From Monocercomonoides exilis PA203 (Eukaryota; Protista; Preaxostyla), in the NCBI GenBank assembly GCA_001643675.2, contig LSRY02000057.1, positions 310,001-374,000 of the forward strand: DNA of 64,000 nucleotides. The letters are read 5' to 3'. This document shows, in pieces, positions 50,201 through 54,856 of the stretch. The translations under genes and the position numbers were made by a program. The notes under the pieces are model-generated. The model did not search any database. It was given only the letters and a program-made list of their open reading frames with translations, and had not been told where the DNA came from. Each line of letters starts with the position of its first letter. The stretch's first letter is position 1.

Positions 50201-50426
50201 GTATATTATGTGCTAAATTTAATGTTTTAAGGTTTTTCGATTGAATACAAAGTTTCACTGTTTTTTCTCTCTTTAATCTTAATAATGAAAAATCTAAAAT
50301 TGTGGTGTAAATACGAAGTGCATCTCGAAAATTTCTGCTCACCAGCATAAGAGACAATCTTGATTCAATTCCGCATCTGGATAAAATTGCACCAAGCACT
50401 TCGTGCGGAATAGAATTAAGATTCAT
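35259..50426 (-). CDS. Giant multidomain protein: F-box, FBXL-type LRRs, ankyrin repeats, second LRR block, ROC/COR-like region, C-terminal pseudokinase (Roco/LRRK-like)
   Basis: Single ~15.2-kb ORF (first ATG 50426). F-box 'LNSIPHEVLGAILSRC...LMLVSRNF'; LRRs 'LKLKSCSSLTDAAV'; ankyrins 'TPLMCAC', 'TPLICAARGGHSSVVQLLLDAG'; LRRs 'LDLSHNALTTVPSSICQFEHLKFLNLSFN'; COR-like 'EFKKLASSYGI...LHSFIRSMSTWGIFAYL...VVVDSMWI'; kinase 'LSHPCIL', 'LKIALDICTALLYLHE...IAHQAV', 'AKLGGF'. Confidence 0.8.
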   Translation of the reverse strand: MNLNSIPHEVLGAILSRCGIESRLSLMLVSRNFRDALRIYTTILDFSLLRLKREKTVKLCIQSKNLKTLNLAHNIHLSTDDLRAIVSNFTQLEEIILDGLEEVNDSIISELLSRNKCLTSLSLNLCPISNEAVFPLSQLTNISSLSLRQTNISSIGFIPLKQPSFSSLRHLDLSLLRDTIDDSTVILLSTLCPKLISISFYGACELTDRAITTFFESQPFLENVSLRGLSQLTDISILSLAAHCHGIKKLNLIGCTKLTNMSLFVIGKQHDKLRDGLIEQEDRENISKNSVYQLGVSQSQKSHDEAKTFTGIPTPSNTHFESTLKNEEDSSVIALSLSGTPPLPPPPMPSAPASAVVGLKHLQVLKIGWCSQITHEGISALSSNCKSLSALDLRCLDLSMENQSAATSVLPSTSLASQKPISPPPVPAALYPSSVVPPPPALPQADESAMYHTPTHSPSVSPTYPMPADFPEPLPTPSPPPPSSSLPSSVTSYSISASTSSSASSSSSSSSSPQPSICIPSTKPVLPPITSLNLSFCTGVTDSFIASLASSCPTLKKLKLKSCSSLTDAAVAALAVSCPCLESLSLEDCELIGDESIRLLARHCPNLTRLEMFGCERRNKGVMLHIAAEENNVGLLRFFLANGMSIDALSTDADGITPLMCACLSHAVQAANELLLRGANIHTRSTHSFNALMLACLAGHVPLVHLLLLNGAGPFTPDGRGLTPLICAARGGHSSVVQLLLDAGCSPNCATSQAIKAPLPRGLCVPSHITKNWMDMIDKPVGNTRAVPTPPPSVMSPALLTANLPLSPQSSPRNSSPNPMQSPMPSHSPMLSPNSANAGGTSSSSSSSFSSSSPSLPLFSSSPANACLPSPESHVTDPSAAASSLSASSLSGMLSQIAPLMPLAPLSVSSASDNTTLSSPTSSPTSSSSSASSFSLAHSNAANSLSPSSSPSSSSSTSTSTLTLSANSTPILAAVQSGNLSLLRLLLSHREISLSSPLKTGTNTLFGTLYSYPTHESAESSRNSSNNASSFAPSAPLSPTGTSSSSSSSHPWGVQNRNSTLHSSLSHTSLQPPLSSTASPQLPLAGSCSGQAIITDSFFLPVISLSLLLTQTLAQQTGTDELSPSINLLSSLNKYPAQFASLKQPPQTSSAPMKKSRSQTICPFHEAAPLVDVSESSSRSDFPSFSSSYLRETAHSRNASSASISVQSQVPQLSFTPPPPSSFSSSRRGTTVQPSTRKSIKRDISSSQIIFSSPGKAPSPSLPGIHPASAATSALQSPPKPVLFLSSHPLVHALLIEDAAAAVLLLFMGCDIPPEAGIDTALVNLSERFDANTQNVESNDVLVEGEKSEGEKKDKRVVLLFEATADLIQRLRQNDTSDLSLSDSASPDLTTLHPNKNKYILSLVTACASLRTEARRFFHSCLFGAADAVLSSLPCLLLHSVLLSRSVQSIFAESDAALAHLLSAPPSHSYSSSSHSKRTKQSQKEEDEQDASSPNHVEVHSLYEKHTHSDLSPFQHVFSVFHVLRMLRRGSDPYRIGERMWEMPETEALVALVEKWTDALTNVEAEGTVAEVCEEKDTIDWNETASNETELNSETVFLSIPAVFESSIFFTELLCDEVKAGEWKQVLTEREKVRENDDSKAAMILMRMIASDKKIDPITEKDQLESICAMLCVPPSLFIRMGIVTLRLLSFLSDEKAFSEESSNEVKVQRMKSITSHYERYINLQCIEMPDLPRSPIIIQVTQSALDMLQMDNFLQNVAVCTLPLLFHTIDLAKIIHVHLSYAKFITKCFVSSELLPSTMNSPSSLAEALMQSQRPNGIHTNQKHSLSIHEALLSISSDTSEMLQHLLADCNVLDLHYSTIPLSRMMKAALPCAHLMNLLSFSKQSGDIELEQDELINSEKPLSLSIFSPIDFLSSLSLTHLSLRGCALTSNQLSQLIASTALSSESRLINTLEYLDLSHNALTTVPSSICQFEHLKFLNLSFNPFLRSVPGSITRLPSLSLLVSVNNASTRATSKIASSSSFSLIHPKDPLLRLASEIKLLSIQSYAKDLKAQVEKELKEISKNYKEARKKAQKSERYAQYQLQRKNSRLARTASTNSATASEKKIDEPVKASELLDSQANTLPRKKLKRMSSSSSTSTDSSSSASTASLQLNSTYQIFDKNSSEIVSRSSYSQTNHRSEAKQSFTFGSRHLSKQYRPFKRFFLKYIEAIPMPASSSLSPFQHICPPFHVNLMLPDTFLTVLRMTHQLLLASSFPAPPIASYIAKASSQLNSILQKMLVSASGSVFFRDVERQLLATSEPNTVQTNSETNSSPNHFVSILQNFNPPPLFILRASQEEALDEWIHTTSEKILKMISTSALWKAFHSASPLEFSVCDGMARSPSEISLAPIVAEVITAVEMKRKAEPSSDAIDHPLPITPSPLSFIRVIALSDEGKTNGFSRNSSHSPLSSALFSALSQSTFNDAFNKVATPDNNVSLSNEDDAKPIVLASSHNSSVETFTLFNNPLPGQHTHILHIPSSLSFSRLFWLCLSFRSFVQTSEQTALFPSTISTFPTPILLSLSLSFDQLTFSDSTRCAIGNAPKASLPQSFVCSLFATLNSLHEIALAFGIRFIVYLIINVVMSEDHLSSEANELSTLHPPQPIRSYTMQIETEHTRSFEKRRKTEITRPLSLPVSSNSKVPFSKREIAEHKMVKHLSPVDDLDYVQLQGHLMKEELIENKNIMMITVDKEKEEDEINLPSSFWVSEVEDRNVYFMSKSTEMERSYTTVESDVQQKFDIVGSSKNESKLNPDEVVSPSKSTEVAECDVDASEARPPQGIQDDAVLISQSWYNVENENKSITNERQTEGGNNANFETNKEKSSGSDKGLVMVTKKDETSSSITVNEKVAQMTEAIVACISEWTDTICNDGELLLYAPMETLKKSHNQSKLDNSTEQVKDNTPVSSRLLQDTLSRETLNSQQMSSFEQNSHNSDKSFMSHDTNNNYHHISKFTHKSLGSATSLAGIQTFQDSLQILSSFPNGFGKMNTTQKNTFSENGTTQSYPSSTRSATSPPLNPVSSPIPPEFQPALLDSLDSLSLQVSSEPSPPFSQQHIPTPPHLPIPSPRLSPIPSPPLHPRTSSASASYHPTVASDQLRPSSVSNSLSHFTNMEQNSLNSASFPQGTNSPSPIVEFNRNNNFSYAPPRSLHPTVCSGFLSKSYKKQYSTKCCRISEESENQKDFLFTGNLPLFQGSFAGRRLTCSDNVSLTEENKKLHCQNETMDRTKPSMKCASCGSIQFVAGPPPLLAFQAAVREKKLQKAREKTPQIISSVLSFHPSDLHRTESMDVGPDLMDEYGSMEEVFEAVTKQVPSSSASDDHSVSHSEFNEHTNVSFAKLCQSEFQDVFHHPFWVVIHEKQTSSSSKKHPKNANDKLREVSNSTDQAVEKALQMQPDSMQQQESEECCALKPIASEPFGANVFLYSLHRLLSTFSLPATAQFLEPSHISLWNELWERSSALEHSEEQINMIQTMLKFMELCYPQKKKKLATEVTEDAKIIPLLLHGLQICYSYSEFKKLASSYGIKNSSLHSFIRSMSTWGIFAYLPRLTIPSSLHSFLIQHSITDLKQSELKGTIQSQVVVDSMWILNYLFAADKLYYTDDKSQKHMKKYLCEDDGLANSNNVLVLAFAYLRQFVERQIFGDVNKMCNEGADNCQHAHDFIDNLSSTVSEAHSYPLWLYAHLGLKPQDASYNCLWPSCSLVKDTDFLLKENKDETNIYKTEVSPANPSELNSENSTTVSPSIVKPCHNFSYAFGLKVESRSRIFITSADVSAIISTLLPSLTSFVRTAESKLNKQIATFKDKCEEENLNGIQPAVSFIVPWKASSHEPSNCGGVIGGFKSFLPISLNSKNLATISERTLEFVDVKGDSSLKDLKRSRSKKHEKKKKEKRQEKSEKMAKKQKTKKEKDADNLIEIPSEMEKKYTRYFPLIKAMSRLLNKSKTNKCFVSADGKVNYKRNSKNIDSFSQNIKNLGDIEAASLQNEVDKQSEQKIVVPFDLTFLIECNQKCRLPSEEKAQIVNITVAGHHPHFVDMVLVVLCNTVRCLLSKLTSSKDKNKSDGTAEFCCMTVQPNICIPPVNEDSTNSEGEATFYSLCNVALNKSSLPDLPKEIDLSFDFIRNDADADDDLESKPQKNTENNRRLKILPSHQYPDWETIHSLPFSRLPFIFTKTDHNSDTLRLISCSPLIDVMRYVREKYHSYCISSKLTSNRLQNLLSLLHTAAPEMTLGSSFDSFLTISELLKWWKLIEVSEQFASIDEKVNNSFVSTMSLDADHSMKASEDANAILKEESGQAHLSSRNSESLQVSDNIYSLKEAAYNPCLTHQKNFAKSKHGQMLSFFSSFSKWFSKSFLLFDPFAVDQKQEEPNPMELPSFIVCYLPHLDLHKMRSSSRSCSMSPLLSQYETFTEQNIEDSGSNLSDNTPSSPCLNIQNLPSYEAVTSTPLKTSVKSPKVNSHYLALLSRRVGLTVRLAGISMCDRSTISLQDYLSAAFFQSTLSHPCILHSSAVRALPSIHVNVERYALSCNAFLSQLTEMQQASTKKAKKLLHFSGDDQQFRVRYFKHLLPHPLASFPQESHHSLPLPRKRHISAGEMKPSLFADSDFDESPFQLFISPVVILKIALDICTALLYLHECSVPSIAHQAVFPSSIFFTINPLNYTLTNSLSSLYTPLAKLGGFYRARPLLMPRLKENAIETEGESKKKHQIEKQKTVKFSSAKLSEPQSMISTRSFSTSQSEGESSRSLLTELPLPPSSSVSPDFKISHSDYSNDSIKSLSSSPSPSISPYPSSMPKSSSSASLPPLPPPPRPLSPATVLSLSSETASSLPSSSSCSSFTHRASPVPPRPISALLTQTSFNESQTSLFSLDKDLSMATERLLEKDVSQLISFIDHLFVMSLPISPSLLNSIAPDLLSSTRFSLPSFLNFLIWPDDWELEDDVAATSLLSPGKNLCSSHPSSEKSVKNFSVQIELPVNDKSVLSNPRVTMKEFTSSCASQTNSCLNNHFVPTIRCLHRAILKTIYFLLKPV

Positions 50427-50718
50427 CTCCAATTAATTTTCACAAATTACAGTTATTGTTATGGCCAGATCAAACATTTTCGGTTAAATATGATACAGTA
50501 TTCGTCAGAAAAAGAGATTGTGTTCATGTTCATTTCGTTTTTTTGCTGGAATAATTATTGTGCAAAAAATTCTCCTCGAAATATCTATCGAAAACAATAT
50601 ATCTTTGTCAAAAAAATAAAGGGATAAGATACGTTGGAAAAGCAAAATACTATTTGAAGTTATTCGTAAAAGTTATTTGTTTAAAATGATAAATGAATAT
50701 TATGACATATCGCATGCG

Positions 50719-51393
50719 ATGTCTCAGCGAAAATGCCCTCCTGAACCATGTGGAAGCATTGAATTAATAATTGGACCAATGTTCAGTGGAAAGACTACTG
50801 AATTGATAAGACGAATTCGTAGGCATTCCTTAGCAAAAAGAAATTGTATTGTTATCAAATACTCAAAGGATCGCAGATATTCGGAAGATAAACTTTGCAC
50901 GCACGACCATTTTACATATGAGGCAATCTCATGTATTAAACTGAAAGATATTGAAGATTTAGTGAAAGATGCCGAAATAATAGGAATAGATGAAGGACAA
51001 TTTTATCCAGATTTAGTGGAATTTTGTGAAATGCAAGCGAATTCTGGAAAAATTGTAATTGTTGCAGCTCTTGATGGAACATTTCAAAGAAAACGATTTA
51101 ATGATGTTGTTGATCTAATTCCGTTATGCGAATCAGTTGAAAAACTCAATGCGGTCTGTACAGTTTGCGGAAGAGCTGCTGCATTTACAAAGAGACTTGT
51201 TGATGACGATTCAATTGAACTTGTTGGAGGAGCTGAAGTGTACACTGCATTATGCAGAAAATGCTTCTTTGAATTTGATGAAAAAATGAATGAGCAGATG
51301 AAGGGATCGAATTTTTTGAGTTCTTCACCGGAATGCAAAACAAATGATTTATCACCTCCTTCATCACCTCCGACTTCACCAGATTCATCATAA
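50719..51393 (+). CDS. TK1: Thymidine kinase (TK1/type II family)
   Basis: P-loop 'GPMFSGKTTEL', 'IGIDEGQF', 'AALDGTFQRK', Zn/lasso 'CTVC...IELVGGAEVYTALCRKC'. Start is ATG 50719 or the upstream in-frame ATG at 50686. Confidence 0.95.
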   Translation: MSQRKCPPEPCGSIELIIGPMFSGKTTELIRRIRRHSLAKRNCIVIKYSKDRRYSEDKLCTHDHFTYEAISCIKLKDIEDLVKDAEIIGIDEGQFYPDLVEFCEMQANSGKIVIVAALDGTFQRKRFNDVVDLIPLCESVEKLNAVCTVCGRAAAFTKRLVDDDSIELVGGAEVYTALCRKCFFEFDEKMNEQMKGSNFLSSSPECKTNDLSPPSSPPTSPDSS

Positions 51394-51511
51394 AAAGAAC
51401 ATTAAGGTTATATTTATTTAAAAAAAGAGGTTAGCATTGAAAAATGGATTAACCTTCATTTCGCTTTTTATAGTTTTTGTTTTATATGTTTGTTATATTC
51501 TTTTTTGATTT

Positions 51512-51513
<2 letters not shown>

Positions 51514-51543
<30 letters not shown>
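51514..51543. repeat. Poly(T)30 homopolymer
   Basis: 30 consecutive T downstream of the TK stop codon. Confidence 0.9.
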
Positions 51544-51544
<1 letters not shown>

Positions 51545-51832
51545 GAGGATGTTTTTCTTAAAACATGAATTTTATTTTTATTTCAAATTTTGAAAAGAAG
51601 AATAATAACATTTCTTTTATAATTCAAAATTATAAAATTTGTATTAATAAATCAATTGAACATTGTTTCTTGTTCAAGGATCCTTTCCCATTGAGGCAAT
51701 CTGTTATTTACAAAAATAATTGCAGCATGGAGAAGGTAAAACAAACGTTTGTTACCAGCGTTTGCAAGAACAAAACTGCAATGATACTATTTCTTGTTTG
51801 TTTAATTTAATGATCTTTGATAATAATTGAAG

Positions 51833-52357
51833 TAAAAGCGTAGAACCAAAAAAGAGAACAAGTTTGTTAAAATATATTGTTATTTTTCAGAAACCATTGC
51901 ATTGTTCATTTTCTTTTCAATTAACATGTTCAAATAATTATTATTTATGAATTCTTTATATTTTAGCCACAGCTACCGTTGAGAGAACTCCTCAGAAATC
52001 AAAAGCATCAAAATCACCAATTAAATGTACGATTTAAATAATTTTAAACATATGATTCAACATATCCTCACTATTGTTTTGTTACATGAATTTTTTTATC
52101 TGTGTGCACCTCTTTTTTTATTGATACAAGCAGCGACTCCAGCTAAAACACCTAAAAAGCAGTCTGCATCAAAATCTCCTGCACCAGCCAAAAAGTTATC
52201 GAAAAAGCAAGTTGACAAGAAAACTCCAAAAGTATTGAAGTCCAAAAAGGGAAGAAAAGGCAAGAAGGGAAGTGCAAAGAAATACATGTGGATGATTGTT
52301 GGTGTTGCTGCAATCGGAGCTGCTGCTGCTGCAGGCTACTACTTTATGAAAAAGTAG
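51833..52357 (+). CDS. Small Lys/Pro-rich tail-anchored membrane protein (multi-exon; N-terminus unresolved)
   Basis: Exons 51967-52026 and 52131-52357 join in frame across a GT-AG intron (52027-52130). A probable further exon lies at 51833-51861. C-terminus 'KKYMWMIVGVAAIGAAAAAGYYFMKK*'. Confidence 0.7.
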
Positions 52358-52604
52358 AACGGCTTTATTATTTTGCGTTTTACGAAAATTTTGTTCACTA
52401 GTTTTGTGAAATTTGTGAAATTTTTGTACGAGGTCGTTATTTTGATACAATTTTTTTCACAAATTTCAACATAAAGAGGAATTTTAACTTTTATCCTTTT
52501 TTAATTTTTTTTGCAATCTCAAAAGAAAAGAAAATATTTTTGAAGGATAAATGAAAAAATTAACAAAATAAAAAAAATAAGCTTTCTCCATATATAAATC
52601 ACTC

Positions 52605-54594
52605 CTAGCGAAGGGAATGTCCGCGCTTTGCACAGTTTGGGCAAAACCATTGATCCACAGGAGGTTGCTGAAAGCCCATGCACTCCAGATGGAACCACAC
52701 GATTTTGCATCTTGGATTGTCGCATTTTATCATCGTGCCAAACGATGGCCTCCCGCAAATGCAATACGGCCCATCAATGTCATCATCGTCATTCACCGCA
52801 GGCGAGCGGGCGCTGTCTTGCTCGCTGTCGAAGGCAGTCTCGGGCCCGTCAAAAAAGTCGTCTGATGAAGTGAATGATGGGGAAGTGCCTGGGTGGCGAG
52901 AGGAAGAAGAAGAAGAAGATGTTGCCATGGTTGCAATGTCAATTGTTGATACGGTTGAAGAGCGAGCATGTGATCTGCTTCTTCGAGAGGATGAAGTGTT
53001 GTGTGTGGATTGCGACGAAGCTGGTAAGGAAATGAGTGATGACTGGTCAGAGCGGAGCATCGGACGAGAAGATGCTGGAGAAGGTGAAACGGAAGAGCGT
53101 GAGACGCGCATTGAAGGTGAAGTGGAGCGCCTTCTGGTGGTGTGGTGGCCTGAAGAGCCAGGCGAAGGTGAAAGAGAAGGCGAGGCTGAAGGAGATGTTC
53201 CGAATGAAAGCGCACTGGGAGAGCCTTGTGGAACAGGTGATGATATGCTTCCCATGCTCCCGCTTCCTGACGCAAAGTCGTCTGCACCGCTGCCAGAGCT
53301 TCCTCCATCGTTTTTTAAATTGCTGCTTGAACTGCCTGTTGGAGTTCCTGCTTTGTCTGATGATGATGAAGGAGATAGAGACGGGGAAGGGCCTGTGCTG
53401 CCACTTGTTTCTGGAGCTGGTTCATCTTGTCCAAACACTGTTTATTGGAAAGGAAGCGTGATAAATAAGTTTGGAAAAAAAATGATGCTTATGAAATAAT
53501 TTTATGCCAAAGTATAAATTCAAAAAAAATTATTTTCTTTCTCAGCTTCTAAAAAGAAAAGATTTCCTTTTCATAATTATCAAACATTCGTGCATCCAAG
53601 CTTCTTCGTCGTCTTGATCGGTGGAGGTCACTCCAAATGAAGAATTTTCTCCGGTGAAGGGAGAAGGTGCTGGCCCAACTTCTGAATAAAACATCGAGTC
53701 TGGTGAATGAGAAGGATGAACGGTCTGGTCGCTTCCATCAAACATTCCTCCAGGTGAGCCAGACCTATATCCTATATAATCTTCCATATCTTGTTCCATA
53801 TGCATTGAATGAGGATGATGAGACCCTGGACCAGCACTTTGCCCTCTTGTCACATGCCCGCTACGGCCTTGTTGTTGCAATATTTTCCTCTGGTGGGATC
53901 TTCTGGGAGAATACGATGGATCTAGATATCCGTGGGTTGAATGCCTTTGAGCTCCTAAAAAGGCTTGCATTTGTGGTTCAGCCACGTTTATTGGCTTTCC
54001 TTCAACAAACTGCACTCCCTCTGTAAAAAATATGAATAGCATTTTCATAAACATATGCATTTAAAAAAAACATTCGTCAAACCTTCCATCAAATCCATTT
54101 GAAATCTTTTAAGTAATTCATTCAGTTGTTTTAGTGTATCTGCGGTCTGATGAAATTTTCATTTAGTTCAAAAAATTACATGAAAAGCAAGACAAACTCT
54201 CTCTTTCATCTGTTCCGCAAAATGTAGTTTATCATTCACATAATACATGCATTTTGTAAAAGCATCTTGTGATGCTTTAAACAGTTGGCGAGCCTGAGGA
54301 TGAAGACGTCTTGAATGAAGTTGTTCATTAATTTCCAAAAAATTTCGAAAGTTATCTGTCGTTATATTTTCAAAAACTTAAAAGTAACTTCATTGAAAAT
54401 GCATGCATACCCATATAATCGCTGTCTGCATTCTTTATTGACGTAGTTTTGCGAATAATATCTGATCGCAATTGTTCTGACACTTTCGAAATAAAAAAAT
54501 ATTCATAAAATGATTTTATTAAGAAAGCAAAGAATTACACAAAGATACATTCGATCCCTGCTTCAAGATAAGACGTTTGATGAGGATGCGTCAT
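52605..54594 (-). CDS. ING: ING-family (inhibitor of growth) PHD-finger chromatin protein, 6 exons
   Basis: C-terminal PHD 'PYCICGRPSFGTMIKCDNPRCKIVWFHLECMG...WFCPNC'. The N-terminal ING domain ('YLEAGIELSEQLRSD...DAFTKC..NDKLHFAEQM') is reconstructed through in-frame GT-AG introns 54483-54548, 54356-54410, 54147-54197, 54021-54082 and 53438-53585. Confidence 0.9.
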
Positions 54595-54856
54595 TTTAAC
54601 GAATTGCCTTATCCCATGATATTTCTTGCATGTTTCAACCTGAACCAAGCAGGTACAAATAATTACGAAATGCATGCTTTAAAAAAGAATAAAGTGCGTT
54701 AGCATTTTTCAATTTACACAAAATATTAAATAACGTGAAAAATGAAGCATTTGAAAATACATCAACTTTTCATTTAAAAACAACAAAAAATACAATCCCA
54801 ATAAGTGTAGAACAATTACAAATGAACGAATGATTAATACGATTCATGTACAAATA

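Noticed and set aside
51514-51543. Poly(T)30 as the poly(A) tail of a minus-strand retrocopy or SINE
   Set aside because: No target-site duplication or recognisable element body; homopolymers are expected in AT-rich intergenic DNA.
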